This document shows, piece by piece, positions 39,469-48,783 of a DNA stretch of 64,000 nt. Position numbers and translations under genes: made by a program. Within the stretch, counting starts at the first letter, position 1. Every line of letters starts with the position of its first letter. The DNA comes from a virus (taxonomy: Duplodnaviria; Heunggongvirae; Uroviricota; Caudoviricetes), in the IMG/VR virus record IMGVR_UViG_3300035701_000006, positions 71,267 to 135,266 of that record, one strand, 5' to 3'. Under the pieces are notes generated by a model, which was not told where the DNA came from, did not search any database, and was given only the letters and a program-made list of their open reading frames with translations.

Positions 39469-39645
39469 GGGGCAATTTGTGGCCAAGGTTTCTGCCGCAG
39501 TAACACGGTTTGGGACCCTTTCGGATCGCCAAACCACGTCATTGCCCCGTTGGTCTTGGACTTGCGCCCAAGCCGATGTTGGCGTCTGCGGTCGCCCTGC
39601 CAACATCCGGAGCTCAGAATGGAAGTAACCTCGACCGGCAGCCCC
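39469..39645 (-). ncRNA. structured RNA unit f of the conserved-terminal-helix family
   Basis: 3' motif CCUUGGCCACAAAUUGCCCC pairs with 5' motif GGGGCUGCCGGUCGAGGUUACUUC; internal GNRA hairpin GAUCC-GAAA-GGGUC. Confidence 0.5.
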
Positions 39646-39689
39646 AAAAACAAATTTTAGCACATCAACCCCCGCGGGTCAAGTATTGG

Positions 39690-39764
39690 TGGCTCCCCCA
39701 GGAGGACTCGAACCTCCATTACTCGGGTAACAACCGAGTCGCCTACCAATTGGCGGACAGGGGA
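39690..39764 (-). tRNA. tRNA-Asn (GUU)
   Basis: acceptor TCCCCTG/TGGGGGA, D CGCC/GGCG, anticodon stem CTCGG/CCGAG, loop TTGTTAC, T arm GGAGG-TTCGAGT-CCTCC, CCA. Confidence 0.65.
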
Positions 39765-39765
39765 A

Positions 39766-39840
39766 TGGAGCCGACGGTGGGATTCGCACCCACGTTCTCC
39801 TGCTTACGGGGCAGGTGCATGGCTTCTATGCTACGTCGGC
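39766..39840 (-). tRNA. tRNA-Thr (CGU)
   Basis: acceptor GCCGACG/CGTCGGC, D GCAT/ATGC, anticodon stem CCTGC/GCAGG, loop CCCGTAA (C33), T arm GTGGG-TGCGAAT-CCCAC, CCA. Confidence 0.55.
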
Positions 39841-39856
39841 GTCGAAAAGGCTCGAA

Positions 39857-40531
39857 CTATCGGAGTGTGCGCAGGATGTCGTCAAGTTTGTCCTGGAAGG
39901 TAAGGTTCAGGCCCTCGGGCCACTTGGACATATCCGGCATCTCCGGTTTTATCCAACCGGTGGACCGGTCCCACACCTTTAACCACTCGTGGAAGCACCC
40001 ATGCTCGCCTATCTCATCAGCGACGCGGATGTTGACTGACTCTGCTGGGAGTGAATCGCCCTCATATACGGCGGTCTCGATGCCCGATCTTGCTACGTCG
40101 GTGAGCATCGGTCGGATGCGGTTCCTTCTTATGAGGTCCTGTTTGAATTTGGCAAACTCCTTGTCCCGAACGGGTTCCTTTCCTCCCAGTTCCCTCACCT
40201 TGGTCTCGTACTCCCGTACGGCCTCCACAGGAAAGCGGTTGCCCGGCTCATGCATTGCCAGCAGGTTGACTGAGTCCTCATCAGATAGGAGCGCGTCGGG
40301 CTCCACCAGGACCTCAATCAACGCGGGCTCTGTCCCTTCCTGCAACCATTCGTCAATCGAATCAGCCGCGCAGTATTGAAGTGAACTTTCCCCGCTGAAC
40401 TTCCTGTTCCTGAATAGGTAGATTCCCTCGCCGGATGCCTGGCCCCTCTTAAGGGTATCGCGCCTGAGCCCGCTGCGTATGATGTCCTTGACCCTGTCGA
40501 TACTGGTAATGTGGCTCCAGGATTCAATCAT
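39857..40531 (-). CDS. hypothetical protein
   Basis: 224-aa ORF. Confidence 0.4.
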   Translation of the reverse strand: MIESWSHITSIDRVKDIIRSGLRRDTLKRGQASGEGIYLFRNRKFSGESSLQYCAADSIDEWLQEGTEPALIEVLVEPDALLSDEDSVNLLAMHEPGNRFPVEAVREYETKVRELGGKEPVRDKEFAKFKQDLIRRNRIRPMLTDVARSGIETAVYEGDSLPAESVNIRVADEIGEHGCFHEWLKVWDRSTGWIKPEMPDMSKWPEGLNLTFQDKLDDILRTLR

Positions 40532-40548
40532 ATCCTAGGTTTGATTGC

Positions 40549-40624
40549 TGGAGGGCGCAGCCGGAGTCGCACCGGCCTACATCCGATTTGCAATCGGAGG
40601 CATTTGCTGCTCTGCCATACGCCC
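40549..40624 (-). tRNA. tRNA-Cys (GCA)
   Basis: acceptor GGGCGTA/TGCGCCC, anticodon stem TCCGA/TCGGA, loop TTGCAAA, T arm GCCGG-TGCGACT-CCGGC, CCA. Confidence 0.6.
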
Positions 40625-40695
40625 CGAGAGTGCTGCCGGTTTCCTCCGGCTTGGGGAACTCCGTCCTACGACTTTCGCCGAGCACTCGTATTTGT

Positions 40696-40785
40696 TGGCG
40701 GAGGACGGGGGAATCGGACCCCCACCGGTTTTCACCGGATGCGTTTAGCAAACGCACGCGACAAACCAGTATTCGCCTGTCCTCC
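40696..40785 (-). tRNA. tRNA-Ser (GCU), type II
   Basis: acceptor GGAGGAC/GTCCTCC, anticodon stem TGCGT/ACGCA, loop TTGCTAA, variable hairpin CCGGT-GAAA-ACCGG, T arm GGGGG-TCCGATT-CCCCC, CCA. Confidence 0.7.
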
Positions 40786-40870
40786 TGGCGGAAAGCCGGG
40801 GAGTCGAACCCCGAAGCCTCATCGGCTCTCGACCTCCAATCGAGTGGGCTTGCCAATGCCCAAGCTTTCC
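40786..40870 (-). tRNA. tRNA-Ser (GGA), type II
   Basis: acceptor GGAAAGC/GCTTTCC, D GGGC/GCCC, anticodon stem CTCGA/TCGAG, loop TTGGAGG, variable hairpin, T arm CGGGG-TTCGACT-CCCCG, CCA. Confidence 0.7.
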
Positions 40871-40885
40871 GTAGTAGATAATTCA

Positions 40886-41527
40886 ATGGACATCTCTATT
40901 ATCATCCCGACTTGCGGTCGGAAGACCCTAGCCCGCACCCTCCAAAGCCTCCAACTGGCAGGCTTCGAGTCCGGCGACGAGGTAATCGTCGTGGGCGACG
41001 GACCTCAGCCGATCGCGGCTGATATCTGCCGGACGTTCAAGCCGTACATGGACATTAAATATTTCGAGCACGGCCCGACCTGCTGCTTCGGGAACGCCCA
41101 ACGCGACGTCGGCATGCGCAAGGCCGTTAAGAGCCTGCTTGCGTTCATGGACGATGACGACGAATACATACAAGGATCGCTCAACGTCATGCGGGCCTAT
41201 GCCGGACAGAATCCTGGGAAGGTACTCGTCTTCCAGATGTACCACAGGTCAGTCGGCCTTATCTGGAATGAGAAGGTCTTCAAGGAAGGGCAGGTTGGGA
41301 CCCAGACGGTTGTGCTGCCCAACATCCAATCGCAGCTGTCTGCATGGACTTGCGAACAGGATCCGGAACGCGACTATATGGGCGATTTCTATTTCTTCCG
41401 CCGAACGATCGACAAATGGCCGGGTAAGGACGCCGAGCTCGTCTGGGTGCCCGTCCCAATAGCCGTCCACCGCATGTCCTGGGTCCAGTCCGAAATCGTC
41501 GGAGAATGGAAACCCATTCAAAAGTGA
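40886..41527 (+). CDS. family-2 glycosyltransferase
   Basis: DISIIIPTCGR and DEVIVVGDG motifs typical of GT-A/GT2. Confidence 0.6.
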   Translation: MDISIIIPTCGRKTLARTLQSLQLAGFESGDEVIVVGDGPQPIAADICRTFKPYMDIKYFEHGPTCCFGNAQRDVGMRKAVKSLLAFMDDDDEYIQGSLNVMRAYAGQNPGKVLVFQMYHRSVGLIWNEKVFKEGQVGTQTVVLPNIQSQLSAWTCEQDPERDYMGDFYFFRRTIDKWPGKDAELVWVPVPIAVHRMSWVQSEIVGEWKPIQK

Positions 41528-41533
41528 GGGCCT

Positions 41534-42940
41534 ATGCATTATTACGTCTTCCCGGAAGTCGGCATATGGGGCGGAATCAAGAAGGGATTCCACTATGTCG
41601 AGCATCTCAGTACGGTCGATAAGGCCGCGGCCGTGACCCCCGGAGGCGCGAAGCCGGACTGGTTCAGGTTCAACTGCGAGGTCGTGGCCAGGGAGTCTCT
41701 CCAGGTCGCGCCGAACGACGTCGTCATCTTCTCCTGGCATGGGGACGCGTCCTTCGTACTTTCCCTGCCCTGTCAGAAGAAGATCTTCCACGTCCAGGAT
41801 GCCTCGCCCGGCGCGCTCAGCCTGCTCCAGCATCAGGAATTTGAGCTCATCACGTCCGGTCTCGCAATCCTGGGCGAATGCAACAAGGCCGGCCGCGTAG
41901 CCCGCTACATCCCCTACGGCATTCCAGACTGCTTCCGCTGGAACTGGGAGCCTAAGGACCCGGGGACAGTGGCCATCATGCCGCGCAAGAATCCGGAATA
42001 CGTCGAGGTCATCAGGAAATCGCTGGCGCCCGGAATGCGCCTGATCACCATCGACAAGATGAATGAGGAGGCTGTGGCGGAGACTCTCAAGCGAATGGAA
42101 GTCTTCGTGGCCATCTCCACGGAAGAGTCGATCGGCTTGCCGCCCCTGGAAGCCATGAGTGCTGGCTGCGCCGTCTGTGGGTTTCCCGGCATCGGCGGCT
42201 ACGAGTTCATGCGCCATGCGGAGACGGCTCACGTCGTCGTCAACGGCGACAAGGAGAAGCTCGCGCAGGGCCTGAACGACATGGTATTCATCCACAAGGA
42301 AGAATATCGGAACAGGCTCAGGAACAATGCCCTCCAGCTCATGCAGAACCACACCATGGCACTCGAGCGCGAGCGGCTCATTAGGGCGATCACGCCGCCG
42401 CGGATGATCAACAAGATCAATGAGTGGCACCCCGTCTTCAGGATGCGGACGAATGGGTGCGGTATCGTCGAGCTGGCTGCGCTCCTGCCGACCAGCGCAG
42501 TCGTCGCTGAGATCGGCAGCTATGCCGGCGAATCCACGAAGATCTTCATGGACACCAGGCGCATCGCGAGGCTCTATGCCATCGATCCGTGGCTCAACGG
42601 GTACGACAACTGGGACTTCGCGAATTTCTCGGACATGCGTGCCGTCGAGGCTCAGTTCGATGCTAGGACGATCGGTCTCAGCGTGATCAAGATGAAGATG
42701 CTCAATGTCGAGGCGGCCAGGAAGATTACCGAGCCGCTGGACATGGTCTATATCGACGGATGCCATCGATATGCCGCGGTCAAAGAAGACATCAACATCT
42801 GGGTCCAGAAGATCAAGCCGGGAGGCCTCTTGGCCGGGCACGATTATAACATCATGGAGACCCGGAAGGCCGTCGATGAATTCGCGAACGGTAGGCAGAT
42901 CCTGCTGTACGACGATTCCAGCTGGGCCATCAGGGTATGA
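41534..42940 (+). CDS. fused glycosyltransferase (N-terminal) and class I SAM methyltransferase (C-terminal)
   Basis: C-terminal half VVAEIGSYAGEST...YIDGCHRYAAV...GGLLAGHDY is TylF/Methyltransf_24-like; N-terminal half is GT-B-like. Confidence 0.55.
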   Translation: MHYYVFPEVGIWGGIKKGFHYVEHLSTVDKAAAVTPGGAKPDWFRFNCEVVARESLQVAPNDVVIFSWHGDASFVLSLPCQKKIFHVQDASPGALSLLQHQEFELITSGLAILGECNKAGRVARYIPYGIPDCFRWNWEPKDPGTVAIMPRKNPEYVEVIRKSLAPGMRLITIDKMNEEAVAETLKRMEVFVAISTEESIGLPPLEAMSAGCAVCGFPGIGGYEFMRHAETAHVVVNGDKEKLAQGLNDMVFIHKEEYRNRLRNNALQLMQNHTMALERERLIRAITPPRMINKINEWHPVFRMRTNGCGIVELAALLPTSAVVAEIGSYAGESTKIFMDTRRIARLYAIDPWLNGYDNWDFANFSDMRAVEAQFDARTIGLSVIKMKMLNVEAARKITEPLDMVYIDGCHRYAAVKEDINIWVQKIKPGGLLAGHDYNIMETRKAVDEFANGRQILLYDDSSWAIRV

Positions 42941-43806
42941 AGCATTACGGCATTATGCTCGTCAGGGGTGATGAGGACATCCTCGACGAGGTCATGCGGC
43001 GCAATCACAAGTTCTTCGATGCCATCTACGTGTTAGACGGCACGGATGACAACTCGCAGACCTCGAAGATCCTCAAATCGTACTCCAACCTCGAGTTCTA
43101 TGCGACGGATGCCGACTTACCGAAGGATGCCATCCGCGGAGACGGAATGCGGAGCATCCTGCTGGAGGAACTCCAGCGGCGGCACGGGTACGAGGGTTGG
43201 GTCACCCTTCTGCATTCGGACGAGATCTTCTACGACGTAGATCCGCGGAACGTCATCCGCGACGTGGAGCTGAACGGCGTAGAGATGGTCGAGTGGACCA
43301 GCGTCCCGTTCTTCCTACACACGTCCCAGAAGGCCACGTACAAGTACGACAAGTCGAAGTCCATCGTTGAACAGGTGACGTGGGCAGCGTTCCCGGGCTG
43401 GCCGGAAGTCCGTCAATTCAAGAACAAGGAAGGCATCCGTTACGCCCCGGATCAGTACATGCAGACCTGGCCGACGGGATTGGCACAGTGGGAATACTGT
43501 TTCTGCACTTATAACGCCTTCCGGCATTATATGTATCGGGATCCGGAAATCGCTTACAAGATGGCCCTGGACCGGCGAGGCTTTTGTGATTATGGAGAAT
43601 GGATCGTCAAGGCGGGGTCCTGTTTCGTAGACATCCTGCCGGACAACGTCCCTTCAGAAGAGCTGCAGAAGAAGTTCCAGCAGACTCTTCGGAAAGCCAA
43701 CATCAGGAATGACTTCAACTTACCGAAGAAGTTCAATTTTGCAGCGAACGTCGGCCCGAACAAGATCATCGTGAACGGGAAAACGGGACAATTGCGTCCG
43801 ATTTGA
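42937..43806 (+). CDS. putative glycosyltransferase (GT-A-like DxD)
   Basis: YVLDGTDD motif; overlapping-stop operon with neighbours. Confidence 0.4.
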   Translation: MKHYGIMLVRGDEDILDEVMRRNHKFFDAIYVLDGTDDNSQTSKILKSYSNLEFYATDADLPKDAIRGDGMRSILLEELQRRHGYEGWVTLLHSDEIFYDVDPRNVIRDVELNGVEMVEWTSVPFFLHTSQKATYKYDKSKSIVEQVTWAAFPGWPEVRQFKNKEGIRYAPDQYMQTWPTGLAQWEYCFCTYNAFRHYMYRDPEIAYKMALDRRGFCDYGEWIVKAGSCFVDILPDNVPSEELQKKFQQTLRKANIRNDFNLPKKFNFAANVGPNKIIVNGKTGQLRPI

Positions 43807-44444
43807 GGTGCTCCATGTTCCTGAAGAGCTTTGTAGAAGTAGACGAAGCCGTTGCGGTCGTCCAAAGAGAGGGCATCATCCCGCACCCCTGCGTCCCTAA
43901 GAACTGGGACCTGTCACTCGTCGTCCCGCAACTGTCCGGAGACGTGCTCGACATGGGCTGTAACGGGTCTATGGTCCTGGCCAACTGCGTGAATAGGAAA
44001 CTCGCTGGCAAGAAGATCGGCATAGACCTCATTCCGTCTCAGGCGCCGCCTGGTGCGATTCATCTTGTTGGGAGCCTGACCGAGACGGGACTTGAGAGCC
44101 GCTCGTTCGACTGCATCACCTGTCTGTCCGTCGTCGAACATGGGGTCAACGTGCCGAACTTCTTCAGGGAGAGTGTGAGATTATTGAAGGAGTCGGGTCG
44201 GCTCTTCATTACGTTCGACTATTGGGACCCGAAGATCCGCCCGACCATGACGATATTCGGCCTGCCGTGGCACATCTTCTCGAAGGACGATGTCATTGCC
44301 ATGATCTGGGTCGCCGACCAGTACGGCCTCAAGCCTGTCCGCCCGGTTGACTGGACTTTAGGCATCCCTGTCATAAACCCGAGTAATATCTCCCCATGCG
44401 AGCTCGGCTACACCTTCGGATTTATCGAGTTCTGCAAGTCGTGA
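43803..44444 (+). CDS. class I SAM-dependent methyltransferase
   Basis: LDMGCNGS (motif I-like) and DCITCLSVVEHGVNVPNFF...GRLFITF (Methyltransf_11-like). Confidence 0.5.
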   Translation: MRCSMFLKSFVEVDEAVAVVQREGIIPHPCVPKNWDLSLVVPQLSGDVLDMGCNGSMVLANCVNRKLAGKKIGIDLIPSQAPPGAIHLVGSLTETGLESRSFDCITCLSVVEHGVNVPNFFRESVRLLKESGRLFITFDYWDPKIRPTMTIFGLPWHIFSKDDVIAMIWVADQYGLKPVRPVDWTLGIPVINPSNISPCELGYTFGFIEFCKS

Positions 44445-44445
44445 G

Positions 44446-44531
44446 TGGCGGCGAGTGGGAGAGTCGGACTCCCAAGCCTGTGACGGCTTCCCGCTTCGAA
44501 CGGGGTGGGCTTGCCAATGCCCAAACTCGCC
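44446..44531 (-). tRNA. tRNA-Ser (CGA), type II
   Basis: acceptor GGCGAGT/ACTCGCC, D GGGC/GCCC, loop TTCGAAG, variable hairpin, T arm GGGAG-TCCGACT-CTCCC, CCA. Confidence 0.6.
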
Positions 44532-44533
44532 AG

Positions 44534-44607
44534 TGGTACCCCCGCGAGGAATTGCACCTCGACTTCCACTTCCGCAGAGTGACGTGCGTCTGTTACACCA
44601 CGGGGGC
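44534..44607 (-). tRNA. tRNA-Arg (GCG)
   Basis: acceptor GCCCCCG/CGGGGGT, anticodon stem TCACT/AGTGG, loop CTGCGGA, T arm CGAGG-TGCAATT-CCTCG, CCA. Confidence 0.5.
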
Positions 44608-44616
44608 GTTAATGTT

Positions 44617-44702
44617 TGGCGGCGAGTGCGCGAGTTGAACGCGCAAACCCTTACGGGCTTCCCGCTTCAAACGGGGTGGGCTTGCCAATGCCCAAACTCG
44701 CC
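44617..44702 (-). tRNA. tRNA-Ser (UGA), type II
   Basis: paralog of Ser(CGA): same acceptor and D arm, loop TTTGAAG, T arm GCGCG-TTCAACT-CGCGC, CCA. Confidence 0.6.
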
Positions 44703-44703
44703 A

Positions 44704-44777
44704 TGGTGCCGGCCCCGGGAATCGCACCCGGACTAGCGGCTTATGAGACCGCCGCACTACTATTATGCTAGGCCGGC
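44704..44777 (-). tRNA. tRNA-Met (CAU), elongator-type
   Basis: acceptor GCCGGCC/GGCCGGC, D GCAT/GTGC, anticodon stem GCGGT/GCCGC, loop CTCATAA, T arm CCGGG-TGCGATT-CCCGG, CCA. Confidence 0.6.
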
Positions 44778-45035
44778 TAGCTGGCCATCTTTGGCTTGTA
44801 TTGCGTCTTGCGGAAGTTCTTCCAGGAGCGATCTTCCCTGCTGCTGATGCGCAGGTCATCATAGGAATCGGGCAGGTACTTCTTGGACCGCTTCCCGCGG
44901 TTCCCGCCGTCCGCCAGAGCTCTGATCTCCGGGAACGTGTGCGGGTTCCTGTGGTAGTGACGGCTGGCCCTGTGGCGGACTGTGCCGATGCCAAGAAGAT
45001 AAGCAGGCGGTTGGTTCATAACCCACCCTTGAAAA

Positions 45036-45109
45036 TGGGGCCGCCCCCCGGATTCGAACCGAGATCGTCCGGATACAGGCCGGAGGTCCTACCGTTGAAC
45101 GAGGGCGGC
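45036..45109 (-). tRNA. tRNA-Thr (UGU)
   Basis: acceptor GCCGCCC/GGGCGGC, D GTTC/GGAC, anticodon stem TCCGG/CCGGA, loop CCTGTAT (C33), T loop TTCGAAT, CCA. Confidence 0.55.
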
Positions 45110-45529
45110 GAGCTCTGACCTGACCTTCATGAGGATCTTACCTAGGTGATTTTCGCCCTTACCCCTGCAAACGCCCCAGAACGTATCTCCCCATGTGTTG
45201 CCTTCTACGAGTATTTTATTTCCGGTTGCCAGAAGCTTATCACGGAGGTCTGGATGGTTGAATTTCTGCCTGACGAGAGCTTCCATAACCCGCAACTTGT
45301 TCTGTTCCCAATTGGGTCTGAGGGTCACTTGACGCCCCGCGCGCTTCGCCTTGCCTGGAGTGAGCATCTCGCGGATCTTCTGCTGTTCCAATGGGTCCGC
45401 CGTCTTAGCCGCCTGAAATGCGTGCTCTGCAGAAAGATAGACGTTTCCTTCAAGCATGATAGAGACTGGGTAAAAGTTCGACAGGAACCTAAATCCGCCT
45501 TCGAATTCCAGGATGGGGATGTGGTCCAT
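45089..45529 (-). CDS. NADAR-domain (YbiA-like, DUF1768) protein
   Basis: FLSNFYP, SAEHAFQAAK and NHLGKILMKVR motifs; start at internal MDHIPILEF to avoid tRNA overlap. Confidence 0.65.
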   Translation of the reverse strand: MDHIPILEFEGGFRFLSNFYPVSIMLEGNVYLSAEHAFQAAKTADPLEQQKIREMLTPGKAKRAGRQVTLRPNWEQNKLRVMEALVRQKFNHPDLRDKLLATGNKILVEGNTWGDTFWGVCRGKGENHLGKILMKVRSELAALVQR

Positions 45530-45567
45530 ACCCCTATTGAACCAGGTCGCCGTGCTAGTGTCAAGAA

Positions 45568-45642
45568 TGGAGCCGGCAGCGGGGATCGAACCCGCGATCT
45601 CCTCTTTACCAAAGAGGTGCACTACCGCTGTGCTATGCCGGC
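45568..45642 (-). tRNA. tRNA-Thr (GGU)
   Basis: acceptor GCCGGCA/TGCCGGC, D GCAC/GTGC, anticodon stem CCTCT/AGAGG, loop TTGGTAA, T arm GCGGG-TTCGATC-CCCGC, CCA. Confidence 0.7.
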
Positions 45643-45643
45643 G

Positions 45644-45717
45644 TGGTGCCCACGCGAGGAGTTGCGCCTCGGTTTCATCCATGTCACGGATGCGGCCTTC
45701 TGTTAGCCGACGCGGGC
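45644..45717 (-). tRNA. tRNA-Val (GAC)
   Basis: acceptor GCCCGCG/CGTGGGC, anticodon stem CATCC/GGATG, loop GTGACAT, T arm CGAGG-CGCAACT-CCTCG, CCA. Confidence 0.55.
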
Positions 45718-45756
45718 ATTTCGGGGAAAGATACATCTAGAGCTCAAGGAGCCCCC

Positions 45757-47562
45757 ATGTTATTCGAAGACGAACTTGATTTCGCCTTGACCGACCAGCT
45801 CCCATCTTCATTCCTGCTTGAAGACCTCGAGTCGAAGATGGGTCTCTTCAGGAAGGAATTCAAGACGAGGTTTCCTCAGATCGCCACGAATAAACCAGAG
45901 GAAGCCGAAAGGCAGGTTCGGAAAATCGCCAGCGTCGATCCGACTGAAAAGAAGACCTATGTCGTTTGGATCATGGACCAGGTCAAGAAGGAAGAATTCA
46001 TCCTCGCTGACCAGGGTGATTGTGAACGCGTTAAGGCAGCCTTGGCATTCTTTGACAAAAGCAAGGCTAGGCGAGAATTCAAGGATGCCGCGATCGCAGT
46101 CTTTCAGGAACTTGGAAAGAGCTTACCGCCGGATCAGGCTGCCAATATTGGAAAGTATACGTTTAGTGACGTTGAGGCTGTCAAGGACAAACTTGGTGGC
46201 GAAAGCATCAAGAGCCGGCGCGAGATGCTGAGACAGGCCGCAGAGAAGGGCTCCGAGTACGTTTATGACGACGGGAAGTGGGCCATCATCATGGTCACGG
46301 AGCCAGAAGCCGCGGTCAAGTATTCCTGGCAAACGAAGTGGTGCACGTCGAACGCGAACACCGCCCGTGGTTACCTGGATGATGGCCCCCTCTATGTCGT
46401 CCTCAAGAAAGGGTCTGAGGGTACCTTCGAGAAGTATGGACAGCTTCATTATCCATCCCGCCAGTTCAAGGACGTCACGGACCGTGAGATCAAACCCATC
46501 CCGCAGGAAGTGAAGGAAATCTTCAAAAAAATGAAGCTGTCGTCGCCTGCAGATGCGGCAGGGCTCGCGTCCGTCTTGCAACAACGCCTGCCCCAGTATG
46601 AGTCGATGATCGAGAAGGACGACAAGGCGGCGAACACGTATGCCGCGACCCTCCTCAAGATCGGCGACACAGCCAATGTCAGCAAGAAGCTACTTTCGCA
46701 TATGCTCGAGTCGGTTCTTAGTGGCAATGCCAGGGAGGGCAAGCTGCCGGAGATCGAACCTGATGTGCTTCGCATGACGGAACAGCGCATCTTCTCCAAG
46801 GGCGACAAGTATCAGATGGACCGCTATATCAAGCAGGTCATTGGAGATAAGCCTGACCAGCTTACGGAGTTCAAGCGCGGCCTTATCGAGAGCGGAAACG
46901 TTGACATGATCGTACATTTCTCCACGAGCCACATGGAAGGGGAAAGGTGGCCGGAGGCAGAGGCGGTCATCAAACAGAAGGTCGATGCCAATATGGTTGG
47001 TATCGCACCCCTGGCAAAGCAGTACGCTCAGAAGAACGTCATGGGTGAGTGGGACGTCGCTGCGGAAGCCGTCAAAAAGGACCCGAATGACGCCGTGAGG
47101 TACGCACAGGACGTCATTAAGGGGGAATGGCCGGAAGGTGAGGATGCCATTTCTAAGGATGCAAGCTCGAGCTGGATCTACTCGTTCATCCTTCAGAAGA
47201 GGTTCCCGCTTGGCGAGCCAGTCATTGCGAAGGACACGGAAATGTCCTACCAGTACGCAAGGGCGATCATCAAGGTAGGCGAGAAGGGTTGGCCGGACAA
47301 AAAGCTGCAAGAGGCGATCGAGCAGTCGGTCCTCAGGGATCCCAAGGTCGCAGCCCTCTTTGCCATCAAGATCTATCAGAAGAGATGGCCCGCGGCTGAA
47401 GCGGCGCTTTGGGGATTTGTTGAAGCCGCGAAACGCCCCGGGGCGTCAAAGGAAGTCAAGGAGGACGGGATGGAAGCCGAGAAGTACATCAAGAGGTACG
47501 AGGATGTGCTGGGCGGATTCGCACCACCGAATCGTCCCTCGGCGGAGAGCTTCCAGGACTAA
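45757..47562 (+). CDS. hypothetical protein with degenerate internal WPE-type repeats
   Basis: AGGAG Shine-Dalgarno before ATG (MLFEDELDF); repeated KGEWPEGEDAI / GERWPEAEAVI / KRWPAAEAAL segments. Confidence 0.5.
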   Translation: MLFEDELDFALTDQLPSSFLLEDLESKMGLFRKEFKTRFPQIATNKPEEAERQVRKIASVDPTEKKTYVVWIMDQVKKEEFILADQGDCERVKAALAFFDKSKARREFKDAAIAVFQELGKSLPPDQAANIGKYTFSDVEAVKDKLGGESIKSRREMLRQAAEKGSEYVYDDGKWAIIMVTEPEAAVKYSWQTKWCTSNANTARGYLDDGPLYVVLKKGSEGTFEKYGQLHYPSRQFKDVTDREIKPIPQEVKEIFKKMKLSSPADAAGLASVLQQRLPQYESMIEKDDKAANTYAATLLKIGDTANVSKKLLSHMLESVLSGNAREGKLPEIEPDVLRMTEQRIFSKGDKYQMDRYIKQVIGDKPDQLTEFKRGLIESGNVDMIVHFSTSHMEGERWPEAEAVIKQKVDANMVGIAPLAKQYAQKNVMGEWDVAAEAVKKDPNDAVRYAQDVIKGEWPEGEDAISKDASSSWIYSFILQKRFPLGEPVIAKDTEMSYQYARAIIKVGEKGWPDKKLQEAIEQSVLRDPKVAALFAIKIYQKRWPAAEAALWGFVEAAKRPGASKEVKEDGMEAEKYIKRYEDVLGGFAPPNRPSAESFQD

Positions 47563-47582
47563 GCGCACCCAAGTCGAAGTGA

Positions 47583-47660
47583 TGGTCGGAGTGGAGGGAT
47601 TTGAACCCATCGGCCTTCTGGTCCCGAACCAGACGCTCTGCCAAGCTGAGCTACACTCCG
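47583..47660 (-). tRNA. tRNA-Pro (CGG)
   Basis: acceptor CGGAGTG/CACTCCG, D GCTC/GAGC, anticodon stem TCTGG/CCAGA, loop TTCGGGA, T loop TTCAAAT, CCA. Confidence 0.6.
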
Positions 47661-48418
47661 GATTTCTTCTTGAAAGTCAGCAGTTCGACCTTCACCTTCG
47701 AGTTCCTGTTCGCCGTCGAATTCACGATGAGGTAGGCGATCCTGGAGACGATCTTTTCATCGACCGAGACCGCCTTCCATCTGGGTTCGAGAGCGGCCCA
47801 CGCCTCTTTGAGATCCTTCGGCATCTTGATGCCCATCTGGTCCAAAGCTTCTCGTATCGTCGGGACTAGGCTGTTGGGCATTCTGTCCTTTGCGGTCTTG
47901 CTCGATCTCATCTCCGTCCTTGAGACTAGCGTGAACATACCGGACACGTCGATCGATTCGACGCTTATTGCCTTGCCATCGTCGTCGACAAACTCCTGGC
48001 TCTTGTCACCAGAAGCTCTCACCAGCGCTGCTAGTTCCATCGAGCCCATCGCCCTGTTCGTTCTGATCTCCAAGATGTCAGGCTGTGAATCAGCGTCATA
48101 GCAGGCGATCAGGCAGCGCAGTAGGAAGATGATCCAGCCCTCGCGGGTCATGTTGTCGCGGACCAGGCTCGCATACTGCTGGGGTCCTATTCTCTCGAGC
48201 AGGATAGCCACGTGCCGCATCAGCAGCTTGTCAGCCGTCCGCTCTATCTCGTTGATTCCGCAGGGCAGCTTCTCAAGGATCTTCTCCCTCGCCTCCGGCG
48301 GCAGCCTGCCGTAGAAGACCTGGCAGATGTCGTCGTAGAGGTTCCAGAGGGCGTTTGAATAGATCTTGGGGTCGTACGGGGCGACGTCGCTGACCTGCTT
48401 CTTTATGATTTCGCGCAT
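47651..48418 (-). CDS. hypothetical protein
   Basis: 255-aa ORF. Confidence 0.45.
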   Translation of the reverse strand: MREIIKKQVSDVAPYDPKIYSNALWNLYDDICQVFYGRLPPEAREKILEKLPCGINEIERTADKLLMRHVAILLERIGPQQYASLVRDNMTREGWIIFLLRCLIACYDADSQPDILEIRTNRAMGSMELAALVRASGDKSQEFVDDDGKAISVESIDVSGMFTLVSRTEMRSSKTAKDRMPNSLVPTIREALDQMGIKMPKDLKEAWAALEPRWKAVSVDEKIVSRIAYLIVNSTANRNSKVKVELLTFKKKSGV

Positions 48419-48433
48419 GACGTTGAAATACTA

Positions 48434-48507
48434 TGGGGTGAGCGCCCAGATTCGCACTGGGATTCGCAGAGCCACAGTCTGCTGTCCTACTATTGGACGA
48501 CGCCCAC
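48434..48507 (-). tRNA. tRNA-His (GUG)
   Basis: 5' G plus acceptor, D GTCC/GGAC, anticodon stem GCAGA/TCTGC, loop CTGTGGC, T arm CCCAG-TGCGAAT-CTGGG, C73, CCA. Confidence 0.65.
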
Positions 48508-48591
48508 ATTGATGTTTAGTCCGCCTCACTGGTTCTGCCCCAGTTTCTGGCCCTTATCAGGGGCCTGTTCTTCTATTGAACTAGAGGCGGG

Positions 48592-48664
48592 AGCACCCGA
48601 CCGGCATCGAACCGGCAGTCTGCGCCATGGCAAGGCGCCGTGTTACCCATTACACCACGGGTGC
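48592..48664 (-). tRNA. tRNA-Gly (GCC), CCA not encoded
   Basis: acceptor GCACCCG/CGGGTGC, D GTGT/ACAC, anticodon stem GCGCC/GGCGC, loop TTGCCAT, T arm GCCGG-TTCGATG-CCGGT, U73. Confidence 0.6.
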
Positions 48665-48670
48665 GGATGC

Positions 48671-48775
48671 GGGCAATTGGCGATCAAGGTACCGGCCTTT
48701 CGGCCTTTCACGGGGAGTCGAGGGCCTTTCGGCCCATCTACTCTGGAATGTGAAGTAACCTCGATCTAGCAGCCC
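48671..48775 (-). ncRNA. structured RNA unit a of conserved-terminal-helix family (two GGCC-GAAA-GGCC hairpins inside)
   Basis: 5' GGGCUGCUAGAUCGAGGUUACUUC pairs with 3' CCUUGAUCGCCAAUUGCCC. Confidence 0.55.
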
Positions 48776-48783
48776 GCGAATAT

